From Octopus sinensis (Eukaryota): a stretch of DNA of 64,000 bases. The DNA lies in the NCBI RefSeq assembly GCF_006345805.1, contig NC_043010.1, positions 53,258,001-53,322,000 of the forward strand, given 5' to 3'. Both the position numbers and the translations under genes were made by a program. The notes beneath the pieces were generated by a model. It was not told where the DNA came from. It ran no database searches and worked only from the letters and a program-made list of their open reading frames with translations. This document shows positions 1-13,346 of the stretch, one piece after another (within the stretch, counting starts at the first letter, position 1; each line of letters begins with the position of its first letter).

Positions 1-46
<46 letters not shown>

Positions 47-120
47 CAGATAGATAGATTGATAAATAGATAGATAGATAGATAGATAAAGAGATAGTGA
101 GCTACATACATATAGATATA

Positions 121-158
<38 letters not shown>

Positions 159-246
159 AAGAAAGAAAGAAAGAAAGACAGAGAGATTAATAAATTATAT
201 GCATACATATATACATAAATTCATAATATATAGATGTATCTATCTA

Positions 247-293
<47 letters not shown>

Positions 294-972
294 TATACGT
301 ATATATAGGTGGGTATATTTTGAATAACAATCCATAAACGCATATATACATATAGAGATATATTTATACACATACATACACCATACACATACACACACAC
401 ACGTGCATACACAAAAATACATACATAGGCACAGGCACACTTACATTGGTACATACATACATACATACATACATGCATACATACACATATACATGAATAC
501 ATACATACATGCGTACATACATACATACATAATATATGCATAAATGCATACATACATACGTATATACACAATATATGCATACATATATACATACATACAT
601 ACATACGTAAATACATAATACTTACATACATGCATATATACATACATACGTACATACATAATACTTACATATATGCATACATACATACATAAAACATACA
701 TTTATAAATAAATACATACATACGTACATACATAATACATACATGCATATATACATACATGCATACATACGTACGTACACACATAATACATACATATATG
801 CATACATACATACATACATACGTATATATATATAATAATGCATATATACATATAAACATACATACGTATATACATAATATATGCATACATGAATACATGA
901 ATACATACATACATACATACATACATACATACATACATACATACATACATACATACATACATACATACATAC
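1..972. repeat. Compound microsatellite block: (GATA)n, (GA)n, (TA)n, degenerate (CATA)n
   Basis: Directly visible tandem repeats; they explain the MYVC/HTYI low-complexity ORFs. Confidence 0.97.
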
Positions 973-1680
973 GAGGACACCGGTGCACTTTCCTCTGTTT
1001 TTATTAATAATCTTTAAACCGGGAGACATTTATGCGTACATCGTCCTGTGACAAGCAAGCATTATCCTACGCAACACACACCTTAGAGACCATAACAGTT
1101 TGATATATCTATTCCTGTCTAGCGTTTGTCGTATCTCATATATTTATGCCTTTGTATACGCATGCGCCCAGTCACAGATACTATCATAAAGAACGAAGAC
1201 GTACGTACAGACGCGTGCATATTTAACATATACGCCATGCGTACGCTTGCGCCTGTTGTTTATCAAAGAGGTTGTGTCTGAGATAATTCGGAGGCATTCA
1301 AGGATGGCTTATGAATATAAATATGCCACAACAAGATCGAGATAGACTAACCCAATACACACGCATGCGCACAAACTCATACACGCAACAAGCACGAATC
1401 AGGATGGGGAGGAGGATGTGCGCACACGCAAACACACGCACACGCACACACATAAGTACAAATGTATGGACATGTATGAAATATATAAATGTGTGTATGT
1501 GTATATGTATGTATGTATATATATATATATATATGGATATATGAATATATATAATATATATATATTACATTATATATATACATTATATATATACATATAT
1601 ATATACATACATGTATACGCAAGTATATATGTGCATATATATATATAAATATGTATATATATATATACATATATATATAT

Positions 1681-1747
<67 letters not shown>

Positions 1748-2489
1748 TATCCGTGTGTGTGTATATTCATATATGCAATCATACATACACACATACAAGC
1801 ATATTTACATTATATGCATCACCTTGTGTATATGTGCCATTTATGTACATATATATTTATTTATTATTATATTTATATGTGTATATATATATATGCAAAC
1901 ATATCAATATCCACGAATTATGTGTACATATTTATGTGTATGTATGTATGTATATGTGTGTATGTGTGTGTATGTGTATGTGCGCACGCGTAGGTGTGTA
2001 TGGTTTTATATTTAATTCTATATATACGTATTTGTATATCTTCATATCCGTTTTCTGCCTTAATATATATTACATCATATGGTAGCTCTAAAATTGAATT
2101 CCTTCTACGTTTATCGAGATCTTTACGAAGAGGATTTGCACGAAATAATTATTTTTGATATATTTGTGCGGTATTTATTTATATTATTAAATAATTGCTA
2201 TTTTTGTAAGTTGACTCTAAATAGTTTTAATGTATATTACAGGTTATTTTGCGCGCACACACCCACACACTTTCAGCCACTCGAACACACACATACACGT
2301 GTGTATGTGTGCCTGTATGTACACGAGTGTGTAATATATGTGTAATTTCTCTCTTCTTAATTTAGAATTAATTTTCTCCGTCCATTTGCTTGATAGCAAG
2401 TTTATGAAGGAAAGAATTGTGTTTTGTTCAGCATTTTCCAAATCGTAAAAATGTCTTGCAGACATTTTATTCTCTCATATATTCTCTTA

Positions 2490-2865
2490 TTCTTTTATTT
2501 GTTTCAGTCATTTGAGTGCGGCCATGCTGGAGCACTACCTATAGTCGAACAAATCGGCGCCAGGACTTATTCTTTGCAAGCCTAGTTCTTATTCTATCGG
2601 GTCCTTTAGCCGAACCGCTAAGTTACAGTGACTTAAATGCGCCAACATCGGTTGTCAAGCGATGGTGGGAGGACAAACACAGACACACACACACATACAT
2701 ATATATAAATATATACGACGGGCTTCTTTCAGTTTCCATTTACCAAATCCACTCACAAGTCTTCAGTGGGCCCGATGTTGTAGTAGAAGACACTTGTGTA
2801 AGGTGCCAGGAACCAGGAACCATGTAGTTGGTAAGCAAGCTACTTACCACACAGCCACACCTGCT
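2490..2865 (-). mobile_element. tRNA-derived SINE family A (CORE-like) with internal microsatellite
   Basis: Reverse complement of the near-complete copies at 29272 and 38304 (tRNA-like head, CACCTTGGGCAAG CORE-like motif, tail ...GACTGAAACAAGTAAAAGA). Confidence 0.9.
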
Positions 2866-3261
2866 TATTTGTAACGTTTATATTAAGGAATTGCATTCTA
2901 GCCCCAAGATCTCAAATTCTTCTATTCTTTGCTTCAGGTGGGTTGGTACCTACCCTATTGCTTCATAGTGGATATGGAGCTAAAAGTGTATTTTTCTTAC
3001 TAGATTTGCACACTCCCTACAAAAGACTAAAAGACGTTTCCTTTCCTAAGTATTTTTGTAACAACATTGGTGTCCAATGGTCCGATAGTCAGTTGATTTC
3101 CATGATTTGTGCTCGTTGCTAGTATGTGTGTGTGTATGTGTGCCTGTGTTTGTGCGCATGTGTGCGTATTAGTCGGTCAATCTAGATCTAATCGTAGCAT
3201 ATTTATATTCATAAGCCATCCTTGAAACTCTTCGAATTATCTCAGACACAACCTCTTCGAT

Positions 3262-3335
3262 TTCCAGGCCGTGTGGGAAGATGAATGAAGGCATAACGTC
3301 GCCATCACTAGTGGTCACTCCAAAAACCATGATGT
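3262..3335 (-). mobile_element. Tiny Tc1/mariner-superfamily transposase fragment
   Basis: Minus strand translates IMVFGVTTSDGDVMPSFIFPHGL, resembling the VMVFG..SDG.VMPPFIF segment of the DD(D/E) domain. Confidence 0.65.
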
Positions 3336-3932
3336 AATTCCACGAAGCAATATTTTCCTTGTTGTGCTTTAACGTAGTAACTATTTTAATTTTAAATTAC
3401 GACCAAAATTCTTTTGGCGCAATGATTTCAACATAGTGAAATTTGTTGTTAAAAACACTTTGTCTTATTATGTCAAAGACTACTCTGATCACTGAAAAAT
3501 GTCTTATGGGAGAATAATGTGAAGAAGAGATAGTCTCTCGGAGAAAACTAGAGTTGATATCTTCAATTCTGGTCTTCAACAACCTGCATTTGTTGTCCAT
3601 TAGTACTGCAGGTATTTCGTGGTAACTTCAAGTAACTGAATGTGTGGAAAGCATAAAAATTGAGGAGAAATGTCTTTCGAAATTTACGGTAACATTTCAG
3701 GTTAAAGCTTCTCAATTTCTGTGCTTTCCAGGCATTTTGGATCGAATTTTCTTCGAGTAAATATGGGAAATGTAAACTTCTTTTGATTGAGCTGTCTTTC
3801 GACGGACGAGCAGCGAGCGGATTACTCCTCGTTCGTACACTTACTACTTCAGAGGTTCTGTTAGCTATAAAAACTTGTAACCTGTATATTATCTACTCCA
3901 TTCTCTAATATTGGATATGTACACACACATAC

Positions 3933-3997
<65 letters not shown>

Positions 3998-4001
<4 letters not shown>

Positions 4002-4221
4002 CTTTACTACCCACAAGGGGCTAAACACAGAGGGGACAAACAAGGACAGACAAACGGGTTAAGTCGATTACATCGATCCCAGTGCGTAACTGGTACTTAA
4101 TTTATCGAACCCGAAAGGATGAAAGGCAAAGTCGACCTCGGCGGAATTTGAACTCAGAACGTAACAGCAGACGAAATACGGCTACGCATTTCGCCCGGCG
4201 TGCTAACGGTTCTGCCAGCTT
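3998..4221 (-). mobile_element. tRNA-derived SINE family B
   Basis: Reverse complement of AGCTGGCAGAA..GTTCAAATTCCGCCGAGGTCGACTTTGCCTTTCATCCTTTCGGG..GTAGTAAAGAAATA; many copies in the window. Confidence 0.92.
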
Positions 4222-4222
4222 G

Positions 4223-4295
<73 letters not shown>

Positions 4296-4297
<2 letters not shown>

Positions 4298-4505
4298 TCA
4301 ATCCAAACTTGAAAACACAATGAGGAGACACAACAACGTGAGGACGTGGAACAAGTATAGTGTTATTGGACGCTCAGGAAAGGAAAGAAATAAGGAGGAT
4401 TTAACGTTTCGAGCACAGCTCTTCGTCAGAAACATAGAAAAAGGAAAGGTTCAAGGAAGGGAAGACGGAGAAAGAAAATTGCCAACGGTATACACGCGGT
4501 CACAT
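4296..4505 (-). mobile_element. Microsatellite-embedded element with minimal hammerhead ribozyme motif (Penelope-like remnant)
   Basis: Minus strand 4429-4401 reads CTGACGA-A-GAGC-tgt-GCTC-GAAAC-GTT; homologous to 50041-50340. Confidence 0.65.
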
Positions 4506-4739
4506 GCACACGCGTATATATTTATATGTAAATTATACATGTGAGGATGTTAATGTAACATGTATTATATAACAAGCAGGATTATGAAACAGCTGTAAAA
4601 GATTGGAATAAACATCTATTTTCTCACCTCACTTCTCTTTTCACTTTTATTCATATAGGGACACATATAACTTCATACCTACATACATACAATCATAGAC
4701 ACATATGTGCATATGCGTGAGTGCGTGTGCATATGTGTA

Positions 4740-4787
<48 letters not shown>

Positions 4788-4994
4788 GTGTGTATGTGTA
4801 TGGAACATAGTGGGCGTATTCTCAATTTTCTTTTAGCCCATTTCGTTAATTTCCGATGTCAATAGAATGCGACATCGGGTCTAATAAACGAAGACTACAT
4901 CTCTGTTTCTCCACGACTACTGCATATGCGCTGCTTCTGAATGCTATGATTTATAGATTATGCCCGAGTAATATAAATATATATATATTATTAT

Positions 4995-5025
<31 letters not shown>

Positions 5026-5041
5026 GTTTGTATAGATATCC

Positions 5042-5104
<63 letters not shown>

Positions 5105-5309
5105 GTTTGTATAGATATCCATTTATATATATATACTTATATATTTTCACACACACACACGCACACTCTGTCTCATACATACACGCACGCACACACGAAT
5201 ATATATATTTAAATATATATAGCGCAAGTATCCTTAATCAAAATGCTACGATGCCTGCAAGTACTAAAACGTATCCAATGTGTTTATAGTGACAGAGAAT
5301 AATACTTAC

Positions 5310-5476
5310 CTTTAATGCTTCCTTATAACTTGTAAAACTTGTTCTGCAGAGCAGCACAGCTGTATCTAAATTCTTTAGAGTATAATGTTCAACGATTGAA
5401 TAGTAACAGATACATTTTATATTCCGAAAAATCTGGAGACAGCTGTGATAGTCTCCTTGCATGTTATAAGGAGCCG
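5310..5476 (-). CDS. Candidate coding exon, Cys-rich extracellular-loop-like ([55 protein letters not shown])
   Basis: Canonical splice acceptor and GTAAGT donor, 167 nt stop-free, non-repetitive sequence. Confidence 0.5.
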
Positions 5477-5588
5477 CTGAAATAAAACTTTGAGTATCAC
5501 AGATATATATATATATATATATATATGCATCTATATATGAATATATATATAGACATATATAAATATATATATGTATATATATATATAT

Positions 5589-5642
<54 letters not shown>

Positions 5643-5809
5643 CATGCGCATAAATATAAATACATACATATATCTTTATGTCTACATGTATGCATATATA
5701 TATATGTATATATAAGTCAAATAAGAAAATGGAGAGGATATACAATCGACAAACGTCAGCCAGTAAAAATTCAATTATATCTATTTATATGTGTGTGTAT
5801 ATGTATTCA

Positions 5810-5842
<33 letters not shown>

Positions 5843-6108
5843 ATAGGAATTTAATAGGATATAAACATTGTAGTTTGCCTTAAAAAGCTCGTCCAAAGTT
5901 TTCAGTTAACAAATACTATCTATCATGCAGTTTGGTTGATATATCACTGGATATACATCTGCAATTCTGTGATATCATTAGAATATGTATACGAGAAATA
6001 GAAAATGGATTGAGTAAAACGTAGTTTCACTAGCAGAATCAAACCTGCCGCATTATATACTATGTATATTAAAAAATCATGTGATTATTATTATTATCAT
6101 CATCATTA

Positions 6109-6167
<59 letters not shown>

Positions 6168-6168
6168 T

Positions 6169-6216
<48 letters not shown>

Positions 6217-6227
6217 TTATTATTATT

Positions 6228-6778
6228 GAGTGAAAGAGCAGTGCATGCCATCAAAGTGAAACTGGGGTAAAATATACGAAGCCAAATATACCCATCATGA
6301 CTACCCGTCTGATAAGGGCACACCAGGCACATGCATCACACCATATGTGCGCGACATGGTGATCTCATATCAAGATAAAACAGACATCCTTACAGGTGGG
6401 GCCCAGTTAGAATTTTCTTCAGGTTGAGTAGCCCATCCCGCTCAAACGGTCCCTGAATAAGGGTTGTTTAAGGATGTTGAAAGAACCACCCATGTTTCCA
6501 GAGGTGAATTATTCAAACCCCAAAGAATCCCTCCCAACACATGGCTATGATGCTCCCCCACTACTTCTGCTCATGATCAGAGATGCACATATCGTCAGCC
6601 ACTAAGGGACATGCTCAACGGGTTAAGGTTAAACAACTGACAAGCAAATCTGTGGTATTGAGCAGAATATTTGCTGTAGCCCATCTTTTATACCAAGACA
6701 AAACAATGTACATGATAACACTTCCAATCAGTTAAGATCAGAAGCCATGAGAGCCATTGCCTGGTACTGCATCAGGGC

Positions 6779-6780
<2 letters not shown>
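6228..6780 (-). mobile_element. ~550-bp non-coding interspersed repeat inserted in (TAA)n
   Basis: Flanked on both sides by (TTA)n; second similar copy at 7323-7970; orientation inferred from the (AAT)n tail. Confidence 0.85.
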
Positions 6781-6830
<50 letters not shown>

Positions 6831-7128
6831 TGATCAAAACTGGCAGCTTATTTTGCTAGGCATTATGGAAAGTGTCAGCTGTCCACAGCCATCATATTAA
6901 TGTGCTGTTTGTTTACCGATCATGCTTCTACTGCGTAGAATCCTTGCAGTTCCAAGCAATGCTGATTTTTGCATTTCCACCAGTCCTTTTCAGCCATCTT
7001 GGTAGTTGAGCGCTTATACTTTCAAGTGCACCAATTGCTATTGGTACCACGTTTACCCTCCTCATTGACCAGAACCTTCGTATTTCGCCACACCAAATCG
7101 TCATAGTTGTTCACTTTTACTTCTTTTC
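6831..7128 (-). mobile_element. R4/Dong-clade non-LTR retrotransposon 3' remnant (restriction-like endonuclease C-terminus)
   Basis: Minus strand: KVNNYDDL..EIRRFWSMRRVNVVPIAIGALESISAQLPRWLK..EMQKSALLGTARILR; sits in (TAA)n, the known Dong-type target. Confidence 0.85.
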
Positions 7129-7149
7129 TATTATTATTATTATTATTAC

Positions 7150-7268
7150 TTTTTTTTTCTTCTTTCAAATTTTCTTCCATTTCTTGCCGAGTGTCTTCCC
7201 GACTCCTAGGGCAAAGACACTCATAGTGTATATTGGTAGGCCATTAAACCAAACTCAGTAGTTCGTTT
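7150..7268 (-). mobile_element. Probable 3' UTR fragment of a second Dong/R4-like element
   Basis: Between (TTA)n runs; stem-loop GAGTGTCTT...AAGACACTC followed on minus by an A-rich/(TAA)n tail. Confidence 0.45.
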
Positions 7269-7282
7269 TATTATTATTATTA

Positions 7283-7322
<40 letters not shown>

Positions 7323-7970
7323 GAGTGAAAGAGCAGTGCATGGCATCAAAGTGACACTGGGGTAAAATATACGAAGCCCAGTATACCCATCATGACTACC
7401 CAACTGATAAGGGTACACTAGGCACATGCATCACAACCATATGTGCGCGACACGGTGATCTCATATCAAGATAAACAGCACCTGACCTTGCAGGTGGAGC
7501 GCAGTTAGAATTTTCTTCTGGTCGAGTAGCCCATCCCCATCAAAAGTTCCCTGAATAATGGTTGCTTAAGGATATTGAACGAAACACCCATGCTTCCAGA
7601 GGTGAATTACTCAAACTCCAAAGAATTCCCCTTAACACATGGCTATGATGCTCCCCCACTACTTCTGCTCGTGATCAGAGATGCACATATCGTCAGCCAC
7701 CAAGGGACATGTTCAACCGGTCAAACAACTGACAAGCAAATCTGTGGTATTAAGCAGAATGTTTGCTGTAGCCCATCTTTTATACCAAGACAAAACAATG
7801 TACATGATCTCATATCAAGATAAAATGCACTTGATCTTGCAAGTGGGGCCCACTTAAAATTTTCTTCATGTCGAGTATCCCATCCCGCTCAAAAAGTCTT
7901 TGAATAAGGGTTGATCAAAGAAATACCCATGTTCCCAAGGGTAAATATATCCAAACCCATGAATATGTTC
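7323..7970 (-). mobile_element. Second copy of the (TAA)n-associated ~550-bp repeat with internal re-duplication
   Basis: Colinear with 6228-6715; 7806-7960 repeats an internal segment. Confidence 0.85.
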
Positions 7971-7972
7971 CT

Positions 7973-8043
<71 letters not shown>

Positions 8044-8365
8044 TGTGTGTGTGTGGTGTTGTGTGTGTGTGTGTGTCTGTGCGTTGGTGTGTCGTGGTGT
8101 TGTGTCAGTGTGTGTACATATACGAATATGCAGCGTATGAGTTTCTTTCCAACGCCGTAATGACCCTATCAATATGCCACCAATATTAACCCTACACAAT
8201 TATGTAGTGATAATTACACAGTATATGCCAAGTAGGCTACTATTCACCTAACCCAGCCAGAGCACGAGGAGGCTTGGATAGAAGACGGAGGACAGCATCT
8301 TAAAATGATACATAGTCTGATGAAAGTAACGGGAATACGTATGTATATATATATATACATATATG

Positions 8366-8748
8366 CGACGGGCTTCTTTCAGTTTCCGTCTACTAAATCC
8401 ACTCACAAGACCTTGGTCGGCCCGAGGCTATAGTAGTAATGGCGGCGAGCTGGCTGAACCGTTAGCACGCCGGGCGAAATGCTTAGAGTTCAAATTCCGC
8501 CGAGGTCGACTTTGCCTTTCATCCTTTCGGGGTCGATTAAATAAGTAGCAGTTACGCACTGGGGTCGACGTAATCGACTTAATCCCTTTGTCTGTCCTTG
8601 TTTGTCCACTCTATGTTTAGCCCCTTGTGGGTAGTAAAGAAATAGAGGCTATAGTAGAAGACACTTGCCCAAGGTGCCACGCAGTGAGACTAAATCCAGA
8701 ACCATGTGGTTGGTAAGCAAGCTACTTACCACATAGCCACTCCTGTGC
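8366..8748 (-). mobile_element. SINE family A (5' part) interrupted by a SINE B insertion
   Basis: Family A sequence on both sides of 8437-8644. Confidence 0.88.
8437..8644 (+). mobile_element. SINE family B nested in SINE A with 13-bp TSD
   Basis: GAGGCTATAGTAG duplicated at 8424-8436 and 8645-8657. Confidence 0.9.
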
Positions 8749-9216
8749 CTTTATAGGATGAAAAGTCGATCTCGGTGGCTTTTGAACGCAACGTGAAGAC
8801 GGAGGAGAACCTGCTGAGCATTTTGCTATACTGTCCCATGTGCTAACGGTTCTGCCAGCTCACCGCCTTATGCAGCCGATACTTATAAGAAAAGAGTAAC
8901 TGAGTAGCAAAACAGAAATACTAAGAGCTTATAACAAAGTCTATATTTCATTTTATTACAAACAGAATCATGACATCAACCGTCAAAATATTTAATATTC
9001 ATAGAAAACAACTGAGAAATACAGAGGTAAATAGTGGTTCTTATTGCATCTCTTTTTAAAAGAAAATTTTAATATCAACAACCGACAAGAAATGTTTCCA
9101 TCGAAAAACTAAGAGTGGGACATTCTTAAAAGTTTATGACATAATGGAATTTGCAAAGTTATGACTCCACAAACGACGTTATAGACTCTGCATTAAAATA
9201 AGTGTGCAAGAGAGTG

Positions 9217-9265
<49 letters not shown>

Positions 9266-9384
9266 TGTGTGTGATGTGTGTGTGTGCGTGTGTGTGTTTT
9301 AAAATGCAGTAATGAAAATAATAAAATGGTGAAATATATGTGAATATATGAATATTTATTGTTTTACCTACGCAAACAATATGT

Positions 9385-9415
<31 letters not shown>

Positions 9416-9422
9416 TATATGA

Positions 9423-9463
<41 letters not shown>

Positions 9464-9982
9464 GTATGTGTTTAGAACTTAAATATCCATATATATACTC
9501 CCACAAAGGCATATATGCGCACGCACACACACACAGACATACATATGTATATGTATGTATGTATATATATATATATATGGGTGTGGGTAGTGGGTGTCTG
9601 TGTGTTTATGTATATGGGTAGTGTTATAATCCAAGGTGTATCTATATATGCATGTATATATGATTTAGTACGGATTAAGAATTTGAACAGATATATATAT
9701 GTATACACACATACACACACACACACATGTATATATACTCATATACTACCATAAATGTATATACCCGCATATTTTCACATACAGTCAGGCATACGCGCAC
9801 TTATCTATATATGTGTACATACATACATGCAAACATACAATCATTCATGTGTGTGTGTGTTAGTGTGTGTGTGTGTGTGTGTGTGTGTACAACTCACACA
9901 TATCTAACTATGGAATTTGAACCCAGAACCTAAAAACTGACGAAGCTATTCTATCAGAGATACTACGGAGAGATATATCTCA

Positions 9983-11215
9983 CAGGGTTTACAATATACA
10001 ACATATCCATAAATTATCTTTACAACTTCCACATTTTATTGCGTTTAATAAATTTGAAATCTATTAATCACTTACTTTGCATGTCGAATTAATATTATTA
10101 AAGTTTTAATTTATGAATGTTGTTTTAATATTTGAATCAATTTTGTTTGTCTTTAAAGGTATTCATTATTATCCCAGACACCACAAGAGAAAGTGCAATG
10201 TGTATCCTGGGCCATAGAGACTATATCAGACATTCAGGTCCAGGGAGTAACCGTACAAAGTATGGAAAAGAACCCTCAGCTCATGTAAGCATCCGTGTCT
10301 GATATAAAAGGTTTATGAAAACAGGAAGCGCCCTATAGAAAACAAAGGCTGGGCGACCGAGAACATCTGTGGAAAATGTTGAGCGAATTCGAAATGTACT
10401 TCATCGTAGACCTACTTATTCCATTCGTCCAGCAAGTAGACATTTAAGTTTACCACGAAAAGCAATTGACAATGCTTTGTACAAGAATTTGAAGCTTTAT
10501 GCTTATAAAATGCAACCTTTGCAAACACTTGAACTAGATATCAAATCCCGGAAGGAAACAATCTGCAGTGGACACGTTAACTTTATTAGATAAAGATGAA
10601 GGCTTCCTTAGAAACATTTGTTTCCGTGATGAACCAAAATTTCATATACCAGGAATGATGAATAAACCCACCAAGATCTGGGGTTCAGAAATCCCACACG
10701 AAACAAGTGAACTGAGAAGAAACAGATCAGAGTTTGATGCAGCCTCATGTTTGTTCGAGTGATTGGCCCATTTTTCTTTACAAAAGAAACGATTACTTTC
10801 AACACTTACCTTGATCTTTTACAAGAATTCCTTAAACTGCAGTTCCACCAATTCTAATCAATAAATATTTTCCAACAAGACGGTGCACTGCCCCAATTGG
10901 TTTGAGTGTTCGAGAGATTCTTAGTGAAACCTTTCCTAAACTGGTGGATTGGCTGCCTAGTTCACCAGATATTACACCGCTGGACTTCTTATGGGCTGCA
11001 TTAAAGAGAGACTCTGTAATAAAAAAAAGTTCAAAACTTGAATTATCTTAAAGAAAAATACACGACATATCCAAAATTGATGAAGGCACATGGTCAGAAA
11101 ATGGGCATCGAATACATACGTTGTGCGCAACCAATAGCGACTACTTGGAAGCTATCTGATGCTTCCCATATACTTTGCCAAGTCATCATTATTTTTCATT
11201 TCCATAGACACCCTG
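9983..11215 (+). mobile_element. Decayed IS630-Tc1-mariner element (DUF4817-type/rosa-like transposase pseudogene)
   Basis: Frameshifted motifs GRPRTSVENVERIR, SIR.ASR.L, ICFRDEPKFH, IWGSE.PH, IGPFFF, FQQDGA, SPDITPLDF; ends CAGGGT... / ...ACACCCTG-TA. Confidence 0.9.
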
Positions 11216-11794
11216 TATTACGTCAGACATAATAAAAATCCTTCAGAGCTTCAGTTACGTCTATAGTCGTAATTGTCAAAACGTCAGATCAACCGAGATT
11301 AGTGAGTCACATGTTCGAAGGTATTTCAGGTATTACCATTCTGTCTGTTGTTTTCTTCTCTTCTTTTTTTCCTAAACAGAACTATCTGGAATTGTAACAT
11401 TACGTCCTTTCTTCAAAACGTAAACGTGTGATAAGAAGGCAGGCGATATAACTGCTATTTCTAACCGGCAGAGGTGCTATAGAGAGCACCTCCTTTGTTG
11501 AATCACTTCAAGTATATTTCATGTAACATGTGACGAGATGATCTTTTTATGTATGTCTGGTTTTCATGCGGGAGAATTTAATCTATTAATTACTATTATA
11601 TAGTCCGTGTTATTTTTTTTCCTTTTTCTTTCTCTAGTTAATTGCCTCTGATTCTTCCGGACCAGTAATCTCTTTTATTAGTCTTATTGATTGCCATACC
11701 ATAACTATTATCTTATTGATTCTGAATTCCTGTGATCTACAATATTGTCTATCGTCGAAAATTGCATCGCGCGTCAGTCTAAATAAGTCATTAG

Positions 11795-11828
<34 letters not shown>

Positions 11829-12169
11829 GCAATGGGGATGATGATGACAGCGGTAGTGGTGGTGTTCTTCGTCATTTAGCCCCAGGGGAGCTTTGATGAA
11901 ATAGACCTGTGATAAAAAAACAAAAAGAAAGAACACACCGTTTCAGTCATGGCTATTCTGTCTTTGTAGAGGTATAACAAGGAGAACATTTTTCCAATGT
12001 GCCATCTGACCTCCTAATTCAAAAGAATCTTATCTGAGGGAGATTTGGTTGCTATCTCTAAAATTCAAGTAAACACTACATGAGAAATGCAAAACATTCA
12101 ATTGCTACATATTAGTCTATATATGCACCACTGTGTGAGTGCTTGCTATCGTGTTCATATATGTATGCT

Positions 12170-12212
<43 letters not shown>

Positions 12213-12247
12213 GAAACAAAGTGTACGTATGCCGCTATATACATATA

Positions 12248-12636
12248 CTAGCAGTATCGCCCGGCGTTGCTCAGGTTTGTAAGGGAAATAACTATAAAGC
12301 ATTTTTAGAGAGCTATAGCCAAAAAATAGCAAAAAAATGGAAAAAAATGATGGTAAATTTTTTTTTGAGATTTAAAAAAGGTGGAGTTGCGTCCCCATGA
12401 CAGTTTGTGGTTCGTGTTTCTGATTCTCGACCCCATGTCGAATTTATCGATTTTTTTCAGAACTGGGGGAACTTTTCAAAATTTTCGCTACGTTAGTTTT
12501 GAATTATGACATTGGGCTATGTGTGTGTCAAGTGTCATCAGAATCGGTTGAAAGCCGTGGTCAGGGTGAGGGTACAACCTAACAGACACACAGAAACACA
12601 CACAGACAAACTACCGTTTATATATATATATATATA
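12248..12636 (-). mobile_element. Non-autonomous Helitron-like element
   Basis: Minus-strand 3' end ...CTGAGCAACGCCGGGCGATACTG-CTAG-T (subterminal GC-rich imperfect hairpin + CTRR); other end grades into TATATA with an ACAG/AC microsatellite nearby. Confidence 0.65.
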
Positions 12637-12830
12637 AAATACAAAATAGAAGAACCCAAAACATTCGGACAACTAGATGATACAAAAAGGGACAACAAAG
12701 CATCCAGACGATACAAAAAAAAAAAAAAAACAAGGACGGGTCATTCGAAGCCTTTTATCTTCAGTCAAAAACCGGATCATCCTCGCAATTTCGGCAAATG
12801 AAAAGGTACAAAATATGATGATTAGTCAAA
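12637..12830 (-). mobile_element. (TA)n-abutting element with CTGAAGA/GAAA motifs (related to 17270-17480)
   Basis: Shares ..AGACGATACAAA..CATTCG..TCAGTCAA..ATCATC..TTTC layout with the 17270 copy. Confidence 0.5.
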
Positions 12831-13346
12831 TACCAGGTTTCGTCGTTACAACTTACATATTTACATATCGGTTTAAATTAATATTAATCAAATTAATATT
12901 CAATTTTTTTTTACTCTTATTATTTAAATTTGAATAACCATGTTCTCTAACAGGTAGGATTCACTGCAGAAAATTATTTTATGCAGAATTATTTCCGGAT
13001 TTTGCGGGCCAAAACGATGACATTTGAAGTATGCCCACAAATATAATTGGCAAAACTATATGCATGTTCAATTTCGTGTGGACGCTTCGTGTATAGTTCT
13101 GCGAATTATATTTTGCTATGACGGTCACACTGATGAATTGCGGACATTTATGTAAGTATTGCGTAAGTGCAACAATGAAATCTGGTATGTGTCTAATCTT
13201 TGTATCTTGTATATTTTCCTTTGTCTTGCTCGCTTACGTTCTGGCGTTTGCTGAATTTTCTTGAGAACAATCTTTTCTTAGTGGTCAGATATTAAGGTTC
13301 TCTTTTTTAAAATGAGAGTTACAGGGGGAAAAAACAAGTATAGTGA

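Noticed and set aside
8316-8342. CTGATGAAAGTAACGGGAATACGTA as a hammerhead
   Set aside because: GAAT instead of GAAA and no stem II
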